From: a virus
Strand: one strand, 5' to 3'
Virus genome (UHGV): UHGV-0139735
Length of the DNA stretch: 25,077 nucleotides
Position numbers and translations under genes: made by a program. The notes under the pieces are model-generated. The model worked only from the letters and a program-made list of their open reading frames with translations. It made no database searches and was not told the DNA's origin. Within the stretch, counting starts at the first letter, position 1; each line of letters begins with the position of its first letter. Below, piece by piece: positions 17,540-25,077 of this stretch.

Positions 17540-18190
17540 ATGAGCCTGAGTCCCGCACGGCAGCATCGCCTGCGCGTTCAGGCTGAACAGGCCGCCCGTG
17601 AGGGCGGCAGCGTTCGCCACGCGTCGGGCTATGACCTGATGCTGCTGCAACTGGCGGAAGACCGCCGCCGTCTCAAGGGCGTTCAGTCCACGGTCAAAAA
17701 AGCGGAAATCAAGGTGGAACTGCTGCCGAAATACGCCGCCTGGGCAGAGGGTGTCCTGGCTGGCGGAGGCGCGCAACAGGATGACGTGCTGATGTACGTG
17801 ATGCTGTGGCGCATTGATGCCGGAGATTATGCCGGGGCGCTGGAGATCGGGCGTCACGCCCTGCGTCATGGCTGGGTGATGCCGTTGGGTAACCGCAACG
17901 TGCAGACCGTGCTGGCAGAGGAAATGGCAGACGCGGCGCAGAGCGCAATGCTTGCCGCCACCGGCTTTGATGCTGATCTGTTGCTGCAGACGCTGGAGCT
18001 GACAGACGGTCTGGATATGCCGGACCAGTCACGGGCACGTTTGCATAAAGCGATTGGCGCTGTCCTGAGTGAAAGCAATCCGGCTTCCGCCCTTAATCAT
18101 CTCAACCATGCGTTACAGCTCGATCCCCGCTGTGGCGTGAAAAAAGACAAACAGCAGCTGGAGCGCAGACTGCGCAATGACAGCCGCTGA
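17540..18190 (+). CDS. M: Terminase small (endonuclease) subunit (P2 gpM)
   Basis: 216-aa Arg-rich protein following N, in P2 order. Confidence 0.75.
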   Translation: MSLSPARQHRLRVQAEQAAREGGSVRHASGYDLMLLQLAEDRRRLKGVQSTVKKAEIKVELLPKYAAWAEGVLAGGGAQQDDVLMYVMLWRIDAGDYAGALEIGRHALRHGWVMPLGNRNVQTVLAEEMADAAQSAMLAATGFDADLLLQTLELTDGLDMPDQSRARLHKAIGAVLSESNPASALNHLNHALQLDPRCGVKKDKQQLERRLRNDSR

Positions 18191-18285
18191 CAGAACGTGC
18201 CCCCGCGCACGGGCGGCACGGGGTGGCGAAAGGCACTGCCACATCAAAACCCCGTCCACCGCCCTTTATTTCAGGAGAAAGCAGC

Positions 18286-18750
18286 ATGAAGTTTGTTGCG
18301 CCAGAACAGGCACCGGAACAGGCGGAAATCATCAGAAATACGCCGTTCTGGCCTGATGTGGACCTGTCGGAGTTTCGCAGCGTGATGCGCACTGATGGCA
18401 CGGTGACGCAGCCGCGTTTAAAGCAGGTTGCGCTGTCGGCAATTTCGGAGGTCAACGCAGAGCTGTATGAGTTTCGCAGACGCCAGCAGATGCTGGGGTA
18501 TGCGTCGCTGGCAGAGGTTCCGGCGGAACAGCTGGACGGCAAAAGTGAGCGCATTCAGCACTATTTCAACGCGGTTTACTGCTGGGCACGCGCCATGCTC
18601 AACGAACGTTACCAGGACTATGACGCCACGGCGTCCGGTGTGAAGCGGGGCGAGGAACTGGCGGAAGCAAGCGGTGATTTGTGGCGTGACGCCCGCTGGG
18701 CCATCAGCCGGGTGCAGGATGCGCCGCACTGCACAGTGGAGCTTATCTGA
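18286..18750 (+). CDS. L: Head completion/stabilisation protein (P2 gpL)
   Basis: ATG at 18286 preceded by CAGGAG. The ORF-track start at 18223 lacks an RBS. Confidence 0.75.
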   Translation: MKFVAPEQAPEQAEIIRNTPFWPDVDLSEFRSVMRTDGTVTQPRLKQVALSAISEVNAELYEFRRRQQMLGYASLAEVPAEQLDGKSERIQHYFNAVYCWARAMLNERYQDYDATASGVKRGEELAEASGDLWRDARWAISRVQDAPHCTVELI

Positions 18751-18953
18751 TGAAAGTGCGTGCGCATCAGTATGACACGGTGGACGCGCTTTGCTGGCGT
18801 CATTACGGGCGCACGCAGGGTGTCACGGAGCAGGTACTGAAGGCAAATCCGGGGCTTGCCGAATACGGCCCCTTTTTACCTCACGGGCTGCAGGTGGAGT
18901 TGCCGGACATTCCGACCACCACCACCGTGCAGACCGTCCAGCTATGGGACTGA
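18750..18953 (+). CDS. X: Tail protein X (LysM-like)
   Basis: 67 aa, the same length as P2 X; start overlaps the L stop. Confidence 0.75.
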   Translation: MKVRAHQYDTVDALCWRHYGRTQGVTEQVLKANPGLAEYGPFLPHGLQVELPDIPTTTTVQTVQLWD

Positions 18954-18956
18954 ATT

Positions 18957-19172
18957 ATGACGCTTGAGCGAATCAGCGCCTTTATCACGTATTGCATCGC
19001 CGTCGTGCTGGCCTGGCTGGGCGATTTGTCCATCAAGGATGCCTCAACGCTGGGCGGCCTGATGATTGGTGTGCTGATGCTGGCTATCAACTGGTACTAC
19101 AAACACAAAGCCTACCAGCTTCTGCGCGACGGGCAGATCTCGCGGGAGGACTATGAATCCATCAATCGTTAA
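18957..19172 (+). CDS. Y: Holin (small, two predicted TM helices)
   Basis: 71 aa with two hydrophobic helices and a charged C-terminus, immediately upstream of the endolysin gene. Confidence 0.7.
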   Translation: MTLERISAFITYCIAVVLAWLGDLSIKDASTLGGLMIGVLMLAINWYYKHKAYQLLRDGQISREDYESINR

Positions 19173-19665
19173 ACGCTGCCTTGTCGGGGCCGTGCTGGCT
19201 ATTGCTGCCACGCTGCCGGGTTTTCAGCAGCTTCACACCTCCGTGGAAGGGCTGAAACTGATTGCCGATTACGAAGGTTGTCGTCTGCAGCCGTATCAGT
19301 GCAGCGCGGGTGTCTGGACCGACGGCATTGGTAATACGTCGGGCGTCATTCCCGGCAAAACCATTACGGAGCGACAGGCAGCAGAAGGGCTGATCTCCAA
19401 CGTGCTGCGTGTGGAGCGGGTGCTGGAAAGGTGTGTGAAGCAACAGCCGCCGCAGAAGGTGTATGACGCTGCGGTGTCGTTTGCCTTCAACGTGGGTACG
19501 GGCAATGCCTGCAGTTCCACGCTGGTGAAATTGCTCAATCAGCGGCGCTGGGCGGATGCGTGCCGACAGTTGCCGCGCTGGGTGTATGTAAAAGGTGTGT
19601 TTAATCAGGGGCTGGATAACCGCCGTGCGCGGGAGATGGCCTGGTGCTTACAGGGAGCAAACTGA
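19153..19665 (+). CDS. K: Endolysin (lysozyme-like) with an N-terminal signal-anchor-release (SAR) type hydrophobic segment
   Basis: Hydrophobic N-terminus LVGAVLAIAATLPG followed by an EG-x-R-x-x-PY...GVWT-x-GIGNT lysozyme-type motif. Confidence 0.8.
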   Translation: MNPSIVKRCLVGAVLAIAATLPGFQQLHTSVEGLKLIADYEGCRLQPYQCSAGVWTDGIGNTSGVIPGKTITERQAAEGLISNVLRVERVLERCVKQQPPQKVYDAAVSFAFNVGTGNACSSTLVKLLNQRRWADACRQLPRWVYVKGVFNQGLDNRRAREMAWCLQGAN

Positions 19666-19666
19666 A

Positions 19667-20044
19667 ATGAAAAGGAAAGTAATCAGCGGGCTGTTTCTGA
19701 TGTTATGGATAGCGCTGTTAATCGCCGCAATGGTGTATCCGCAGGGGATTTTTCCGGTACTGGCTGCATCTGGTGTCTGGGTAGCCTGTCTGCTGACATG
19801 GGCAGTAATTCCGGTATCACTGGCGGCGTTAATTAAGAATGGCCCGCTCTGGCAGGAGTTGAGGGCATCTTTGCTGAAGACAATTACCCGAAAAGAAAAC
19901 GTATTTATCAGCTGGATGATGCGATTGCTGATTGTCGTCAGTCTCGCCTGGACGGGGTGGGCTATTACCCTGGTCTTTTATCTACTGACCGTTATTGCCT
20001 TCTGGATCACCCGTAATCAGATGGCGCAACAGGTAGCAGCATGA
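19667..20044 (+). CDS. lysA: LysA-like lysis-timing membrane protein (4 TM)
   Basis: 125-aa multi-TM protein after the endolysin gene; the ATG at 19667 follows the K stop. Confidence 0.65.
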   Translation: MKRKVISGLFLMLWIALLIAAMVYPQGIFPVLAASGVWVACLLTWAVIPVSLAALIKNGPLWQELRASLLKTITRKENVFISWMMRLLIVVSLAWTGWAITLVFYLLTVIAFWITRNQMAQQVAA

Positions 20045-20469
20045 ACCGGTTGCTGCTGGTTGTGCTGGCGTTATTACTGGCGGCGCTGGGCTGGCAGACG
20101 TGGCGGCTGGCTGATGCCAGCCAGACCATCAGCACGCAGGCAGACGAGCTTCGGAGCAAAAGCCAGGCACTGGCAAAGAGCAACAGCCAGCTTATCAGCC
20201 TGTCCATTCTGACAGAAACCAACAACCGGGAGCAGGCGCGACTCTATGCCAACGCAGAACAGACCAGCGCACTACTGAGACAACGACAACACCGGATTGA
20301 GGAACTGAAACGTGAGAACGAGGATTTACGCCGCTGGGCTGATACTCCTTTGCCTGCTGACATTATCCGGCTGCGGGAACGTCCGGCACTCACCGGAGGT
20401 GCAGCTTACCGTCAGTGGTTGTCCGCGAGTGACGCCGTGTCGGCTGGAGCAGGCAGCGCCGCGCACTAA
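20041..20469 (+). CDS. lysB: LysB / Rz-like inner-membrane spanin
   Basis: N-terminal TM (LLLVVLALLLAALGW) followed by a coiled-coil region and a Pro-rich C-terminus. Confidence 0.75.
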   Translation: MNRLLLVVLALLLAALGWQTWRLADASQTISTQADELRSKSQALAKSNSQLISLSILTETNNREQARLYANAEQTSALLRQRQHRIEELKRENEDLRRWADTPLPADIIRLRERPALTGGAAYRQWLSASDAVSAGAGSAAH

Positions 20470-20602
20470 CGGTGATCTGAACGCACTGCTGGATGAAACG
20501 GAGGCCGCCTGGGCGGTCTGTGCAGACAAAGTGGACATGATTATTGCGTGTCAGGAGCGAAACAGTGAACAAACCACAGTCCCTGCGCCACGCCCTCAAT
20601 AA
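20312..20602 (+). CDS. lysC: LysC / Rz1-like outer-membrane lipoprotein spanin, embedded out of frame in lysB
   Basis: GTG start with lipoprotein signal and lipobox (LLCLLTLSGC), a Pro-rich product, and an alternative reading frame overlapping the 3' half of lysB. Confidence 0.7.
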   Translation: MRTRIYAAGLILLCLLTLSGCGNVRHSPEVQLTVSGCPRVTPCRLEQAAPRTNGDLNALLDETEAAWAVCADKVDMIIACQERNSEQTTVPAPRPQ

Positions 20603-20996
20603 AGCAGTGCCTTATGTCCGCAATAACCCGGACAAACTGCATCTGTTTGTGGATAACGGTTCGCTGGTTGCCACGGGGGCCAGCTCCATGTCATGGGAGT
20701 ACCGTTATACCCTCAACGTGGTGATTGAGGATTTCAGCGGCGACCAGAATCTGCTGATGGCCCCGGTTTTGCTGTGGCTGCGTGATAACCAGCCCGATGC
20801 CATCAATAACCCGGCGTTACGGGAAAAACTATTCACCTTTGAGGTGGATATTTTGCGCAACGATGTCTGTGATATCAGCCTTAACCTGCAACTGACGGAG
20901 CGTGTGCTGGTCAGCACTGACGGCAGTGTGTCGAGTGTTGAAGCTGTAGCGGAACCCGATGAACCTGAAGAAATGTGGACGGTGAAACGTGGCTGA
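20565..20996 (+). CDS. R: Tail completion protein R
   Basis: Position after the lysis genes and ~143-aa size match P2 R. Start at GTG 20565 (RBS AGGAG at 20553-20557); the ATG at 20544 is the alternative. Confidence 0.75.
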   Translation: MNKPQSLRHALNKAVPYVRNNPDKLHLFVDNGSLVATGASSMSWEYRYTLNVVIEDFSGDQNLLMAPVLLWLRDNQPDAINNPALREKLFTFEVDILRNDVCDISLNLQLTERVLVSTDGSVSSVEAVAEPDEPEEMWTVKRG

Positions 20997-21435
20997 ACTG
21001 CAGAAGGTGGACGACTGGCTGAGTGCTTTGCTGGCGAATCTGGAACCAGCCGCAAGAAGCCGCATGATGCGCCAGCTGGCGCAGGAACTGCGCCGGACAC
21101 AGCAGCAGAATATCAGAATGCAGCGCAATCCAGATGGCAGCAGTTATGAACCTCGACGGGTAACAGCACGCAGTAAAAAGGGGCGCATCAAACGTCAGAT
21201 GTTTGCAAAGCTGCGCACCGCAAAATACCTGAAAACTGCCGCCAGCGCCGATTCTGCCAGCGTGCAGTTTGAAGGTAAGGTGCAGCGTATTGCCCGCGTT
21301 CACCATTACGGCCTGCGTGATCGCGTCAGTCGCAAAGGACCTGAGGTCCGTTACGCAGAGCGTCGTCTTCTGGGCGTAAATGATGATGTTGAGGCAATGA
21401 CCCGCGACATGATTCTGCAATGGCTGGCGGGGTGA
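20989..21435 (+). CDS. S: Tail completion protein S
   Basis: 148 aa with a GTG start overlapping the R stop, in P2 order. Confidence 0.75.
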   Translation: MAELQKVDDWLSALLANLEPAARSRMMRQLAQELRRTQQQNIRMQRNPDGSSYEPRRVTARSKKGRIKRQMFAKLRTAKYLKTAASADSASVQFEGKVQRIARVHHYGLRDRVSRKGPEVRYAERRLLGVNDDVEAMTRDMILQWLAG

Positions 21436-21439
21436 TCTT

Positions 21440-21457
21440 TGTATCAGCACTGATACA
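21440..21457 (+). promoter_or_regulatory. Late promoter P_V activator site (TGT-N12-ACA within a 9-bp perfect palindrome)
   Basis: tTGTATCAG-ca-CTGATACAa at 21439-21458, in the S-V intergenic region upstream of V. Confidence 0.6.
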
Positions 21458-21503
21458 AGTTGCAGCACTGCCGCCTTTCTTCCCCTGATGGCAACCTTTC
21501 CCT

Positions 21504-22082
21504 ATGAACGCACAATTAACCGAAATCATGCGCCTTATCACCAACCTGATCCGCACTGGGGTAGTCACCGAAGTGGACCGGGAAAACTGGCTTTGTCGGG
21601 TGAAAACGGGCGATCTTGAAACCAACTGGATTAACTGGCTGACGCTGCGCGCGGGTAATGCCCGCACATGGTGGAAACCATCGGAAGGTGAGCAGGTGGT
21701 GCTGCTGAGTCTGGGCGGCAATCTGGAGACCGCCTTTGCGCTGCCCGCTGTGTATTCGAATCAGTTCGCACCACCGTCGATGTCGGCGGACGCCTGCGTG
21801 ACAGAACATCCTGACGGTGGCTGGTTTGAATACGAACCCGCCACCGGGCGCTGGTATGTCAGGGGCATCAAATCAATGGTCATTGAGGCCGCTGACAACA
21901 TCACCCTGAAAACCAGTGAGTTTGTACTGGAGGCTGACCGCACGCGCATTAACAGCGAAGTGGTGATCAATGGTGGCGTTACCCAGGGCGGCGGAGCGAT
22001 GAGTTCTAACGGGATCGTGGTTGATGCGCATCAGCATACTGGCGTCCTGAAAGGCGGCGACACAACCGGAGGCCCGGTATGA
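21504..22082 (+). CDS. V: Baseplate assembly protein V (spike)
   Basis: 192 aa, first gene after the P_V-like promoter, in P2 order. Confidence 0.8.
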   Translation: MNAQLTEIMRLITNLIRTGVVTEVDRENWLCRVKTGDLETNWINWLTLRAGNARTWWKPSEGEQVVLLSLGGNLETAFALPAVYSNQFAPPSMSADACVTEHPDGGWFEYEPATGRWYVRGIKSMVIEAADNITLKTSEFVLEADRTRINSEVVINGGVTQGGGAMSSNGIVVDAHQHTGVLKGGDTTGGPV

Positions 22083-22438
22083 CGCTTTATAGCGGGATGA
22101 ACAATACCAGCGGTAAAGCCATTACTGATATTGACCATCTGCGCCAGTCGGTGCGGGATATTCTGCTGACGCCGCAGGGTAGCCGCATTGCCCGTCGGGA
22201 ATATGGTTCCCTGCTGTCGGCACTGATTGATCAGCCACAAAATCCGGCGTTACGCCTGCAGGTTATGTCGGCTGTGTATGTGGCACTGAGTCGCTGGGAG
22301 CCACGGCTGACGCTGGATTCCATCACTATTAACAGCAATTTTGACGGTTCAATGGTGGTGGAGCTGACCGGGCGGCGGAATAACGGTGTGCCTGTGTCCC
22401 TTTCAGTATCAACAGGAGCAGAGAATGGCAGTGATTGA
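22079..22438 (+). CDS. W: Baseplate wedge protein W (GPW/gp25 family)
   Basis: 119 aa; the ATGA overlap with V is typical. Confidence 0.8.
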   Translation: MTLYSGMNNTSGKAITDIDHLRQSVRDILLTPQGSRIARREYGSLLSALIDQPQNPALRLQVMSAVYVALSRWEPRLTLDSITINSNFDGSMVVELTGRRNNGVPVSLSVSTGAENGSD

Positions 22439-23333
22439 CCTTTCGCAGTTGCCTGCACCGCAGATTGTGGATGTGCCGGACTTTGAGACGCTGCTTGCCG
22501 AACGCAAGGCAGAATTTGTGGCGCTTCATCCGAAAGATGAGCAGGAAGCAGTGATCCGCACGCTGGAACTGGAGTCTGAACCCGTCACCAAATTGTTGCA
22601 GGAGAATGCTTACCGTGAGTTGCTTCTGCGCCAGCGCATTAACGAAGCCGCGCAGGCGGTGATGGTGGCTTACGCGATGGGCGGCGATCTTGACCAGCTC
22701 GCTGCCAACTACAACGTGAAACGCCTGACGGTGACGCCTGCTGATAATGACGCTGTGCCGCCCGTTGCAGCAGTGATGGAAAGCGATGAAGCGTTACGCC
22801 TGCGTGTGCCTGCAGCCTTTGAGGGGCTTTCAGTTGCGGGGCCAACTGCAGCTTATGAATTTCATGCCCGAAGCGCCGACGGTCGGGTGGCGGATGCCAG
22901 TGCAACCAGCCCGGCACCTGCAGAGGTGGTGCTGACTGTCCTTAGCCGCGAAGGCGATGGAACTGCAGAAAAAGACCTGCTGGACGTGGTGGAAAAAGCT
23001 CTGAACAGTGAGAACGTCCGCCCGGTGGCTGACCGTCTGACGGTTCGCAGCGCAGAAATCATCCCGTATCGCGTGGAAGCCACCATTTTTCTCTATCCGG
23101 GACCGGAAGCAGAGCCGGTAATGGCAGCGGCAAAAGCCAGCCTGCAGAGGTACATTGCCAGTCAGACGCGGCTTGGCCGGGATATTCGCCGTAGCGCCAT
23201 TTTTGCCGCGCTGCATGTTGAGGGTGTTCAGCGTGTGGAACTGGCTTCCCCGCTGGCGGATGTGGTCCTGAACAAAACGCAGGCGGCATCATGTACGCAG
23301 TGGAGCGTGACCAACGGGGGAACGGATGAATAG
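22425..23333 (+). CDS. J: Baseplate assembly protein J
   Basis: 302 aa from the ATG at 22425 (RBS AGGAG), the same length as P2 J. Confidence 0.8.
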   Translation: MAVIDLSQLPAPQIVDVPDFETLLAERKAEFVALHPKDEQEAVIRTLELESEPVTKLLQENAYRELLLRQRINEAAQAVMVAYAMGGDLDQLAANYNVKRLTVTPADNDAVPPVAAVMESDEALRLRVPAAFEGLSVAGPTAAYEFHARSADGRVADASATSPAPAEVVLTVLSREGDGTAEKDLLDVVEKALNSENVRPVADRLTVRSAEIIPYRVEATIFLYPGPEAEPVMAAAKASLQRYIASQTRLGRDIRRSAIFAALHVEGVQRVELASPLADVVLNKTQAASCTQWSVTNGGTDE

Positions 23334-23931
23334 TCTGCTGCCACCGGGTTCAACACCACTGGAGCGCCGACTGGCGCAAACCTGCAGCGGGATTTCTGAT
23401 CTGCAGGTTCCACTGCGTGACTTGTGGGATCCGGCTACCTGTCCGGTCAGTTTCCTGCCTTATCTCGCCTGGGCGTTCTCTGTGGATCGCTGGGACGAGG
23501 ACTGGATGGAAAGCGTCAAACGCCAGGTGGTGAAGGATGCTTTTTATATTCATCAACACAAAGGAACCACCAGTGCCGTGCGGCGGGTGGTGGAACCGTT
23601 CGGATTCCTGATCCGCATTATTGAGTGGTGGCAGACCGGAGAAACACCGGGCACGTTTCGTCTGGATATCGGCGTGCAGGACCAGGGCATCACTGAAGAT
23701 ACCTATCTGGAACTTGAGCGACTGATAAGCGATGCCAAACCATGTAGCCGTCACATGATCGGCATGTCCATCAACCTGCAGACCAGCGGCCCGCATTGGG
23801 TGGGAGCCGCCAGCTATCTTGGCGAAGAAATCACAATCTATCCGTATATCAACGAAACGATTATTTCCGGTGGCACCGCTCATGAAGGCGGGGCGGTCCA
23901 TGTTATTGACACAATGAGAGTGAATCCATGA
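23326..23931 (+). CDS. I: Baseplate/tail protein I
   Basis: 201 aa, overlapping the J stop, in P2 order. Confidence 0.75.
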   Translation: MNSLLPPGSTPLERRLAQTCSGISDLQVPLRDLWDPATCPVSFLPYLAWAFSVDRWDEDWMESVKRQVVKDAFYIHQHKGTTSAVRRVVEPFGFLIRIIEWWQTGETPGTFRLDIGVQDQGITEDTYLELERLISDAKPCSRHMIGMSINLQTSGPHWVGAASYLGEEITIYPYINETIISGGTAHEGGAVHVIDTMRVNP

Positions 23932-25077
23932 GCACAAAATTTTATACCCTGCTGACGGATATTGGCGCGGCGAAACTTGCCAGCGCCGCCGCGCTCGGTG
24001 TGCCGCTAAAAATTACCCATATGGCGGTGGGCGATGGCGGCGGAGTATTGCCAACGCCGGACGCAAAGCAGACGGCACTGGTAAATGAGAAACGCCGGGC
24101 TGCGCTGAATATGCTTTATATCGACCCGCAGAACAGCAGCCAGATTATTGCTGAACAGGTGATCCCTGAAAACGAGGGCGGTTGGTGGATACGTGAAGTG
24201 GGCCTGTTTGATGAGTCCGGAGCATTGATTGCCGTGGGAAACTGCCCGGAAAGCTATAAGCCGCAACTGGCTGAAGGCAGCGGGCGTACCCAGACCGTGC
24301 GCATGGTGCTGATTACCAGCAGCACGGACAATATCACCCTGAAAATCGACCCTGCTGTAGTGCTGGCAACCCGTAAGTATGTGGATGACAAAGCACTGGA
24401 GTTGAAGGTGTACGTGGATGACCTGATGGCAAAACATCTTGCCGCACCGGACCCGCATTCACAGTATGCACCCAAAGAAAGTCCGACGTTTACCGGAACC
24501 CCCAAAGCGCCAACGCCAGCGGCGGGGAATAATACCACGCAGCTTGCGACCACCGCATTTGTTCAGGCGGCACTGACGGCTCTTATTAATGGTGCGCCAG
24601 CCACGCTGGACACACTGAAAGAAATTGCCGCAGCCATTAACAATGACCCGAAATTCAGTACCACCATTAACAATGCGCTGGCACTAAAAGCCCCGCTGTC
24701 GAGTCCGGAACTCACCGGAACGCCAACAGCACCTACTGCGGCACAGTCGGTCAACAATACACAGATTGCCACTACAGCTTTTGTGAAATCAGCGATTGCA
24801 GCAATGGTGGGTTCTGCACCTGCGGCACTGGATACACTGAACGAACTGGCGGCGGCACTGGGGAATGATCCGAACTTTGCCACGACAATGCTTAATGCGC
24901 TGGCAGGTAAACAACCGCTGGACAATACGCTTACCAATTTGAGTGGAAAGGATGTAGCTGGTCTTCTCACATACCTTGGTTTGGGAGAGGCGGCAAAACG
25001 GGATGTGGGAACACGTTCAGGCCAGATACCGGATATGAGTAGCTTTGCATCAGCACTCTCTTCGAGTGGCTACCAGA
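23928..25077 (+). CDS. H: Tail fibre protein H (5' partial; the ORF runs off the window end)
   Basis: ATG at 23928 overlaps the I stop. The conserved N-terminus (MSTKFYTLLTDIGAAKLASAAALGVPLKITHMAVGDGGG) is followed by repeated ALDTL-ELAAA-NDP-F modules. Not in the ORF track because no stop is reached. Confidence 0.85.
   Translation, partial: MSTKFYTLLTDIGAAKLASAAALGVPLKITHMAVGDGGGVLPTPDAKQTALVNEKRRAALNMLYIDPQNSSQIIAEQVIPENEGGWWIREVGLFDESGALIAVGNCPESYKPQLAEGSGRTQTVRMVLITSSTDNITLKIDPAVVLATRKYVDDKALELKVYVDDLMAKHLAAPDPHSQYAPKESPTFTGTPKAPTPAAGNNTTQLATTAFVQAALTALINGAPATLDTLKEIAAAINNDPKFSTTINNALALKAPLSSPELTGTPTAPTAAQSVNNTQIATTAFVKSAIAAMVGSAPAALDTLNELAAALGNDPNFATTMLNALAGKQPLDNTLTNLSGKDVAGLLTYLGLGEAAKRDVGTRSGQIPDMSSFASALSSSGYQ
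24482..24930 (+). repeat. Tandem ~225-bp degenerate duplication inside the tail-fibre gene, encoding two ~75-aa repeat modules
   Basis: Two consecutive units with parallel DNA and protein sequence (TGTP-AP-NNTQ-ATTAFV-AP-ALDTL-E-AAA-NDP-F-TT-NALA-K-PL). Confidence 0.6.

Larger units (their letters stand above)
1007..25077. mobile_element. P2-family (186-like) prophage, left end through tail fibre gene H; right end lies outside the window
   Basis: Collinear P2 gene order (int, repressor, early operon, A, then Q P O N M L X Y K lysABC R S V W J I H) read from the translated ORFs. The left boundary is uncertain and could lie anywhere from about 590 to 1064; no att core could be identified without the right end. 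Confidence 0.85.

Noticed and set aside
18191-18285. GC-rich imperfect hairpin (gtgcccccgcgcacgggcggcac) between M and L as a possible terminator
   Set aside because: The stem is imperfect and there is no following T-tract; M and L are expected to be co-transcribed in the late head operon.
16647-18554. Minus-strand ORFs (16647-16892, 17387-17869, 17709-18038, 18102-18554) overlapping the capsid and terminase-small genes
   Set aside because: Shadow ORFs antisense to conserved late structural genes; products are Arg/Pro/Ser-rich low-complexity typical of out-of-frame GC-rich translation.
24006-24970. Minus-strand ORFs (24006-24458, 24254-24553, 24563-24970) within the tail-fibre gene
   Set aside because: Antisense to the clearly coding H frame; the Ala/Ser-rich products reflect the repeat composition of the sense strand.
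1-25077. Search for tRNA genes (typical integration targets), CRISPR arrays and IS elements
   Set aside because: No cloverleaf-compatible tRNA-like sequence, no regularly spaced direct repeats and no transposase ORF or terminal inverted repeats were seen; the integration target appears to be intergenic.

Overview
This window is the left ~24 kb of an integrated P2-family prophage with a 186-like lysogeny switch, lying just downstream of a host TetR-family regulator gene (RcdA/YbjK-like). All calls rest on reading the translated ORFs and DNA motifs by eye; no database search or alignment was run. Gene order: host regulator, small minus-strand ORF, integrase, small secreted Cys-rich ORF, CI-type repressor, then rightward Apl/Cox, CII, small early ORFs, TraR/DksA zinc finger, Dam-family methyltransferase, an unassigned 276-aa protein and the HUH replication initiator A. 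Accessory cargo follows: an AT-rich two-gene minus-strand operon (unknown 124-aa protein plus 3-TM membrane protein), a LexA-box-controlled two-ORF operon, a candidate cos site, and an OLD-family ATPase/TOPRIM gene wedged between cos and the portal gene. The late region is syntenic with P2 (Q, P, O, N, M, L, X, holin, endolysin, LysA/B/C, R, S, V, W, J, I, and tail fibre H cut by the window end). No tRNA, rRNA, CRISPR array or IS element was recognised. The best candidates for an undescribed system are the two-gene minus-strand operon at 9081-9910 and, less novel, the OLD-like gene at 10969-12654.
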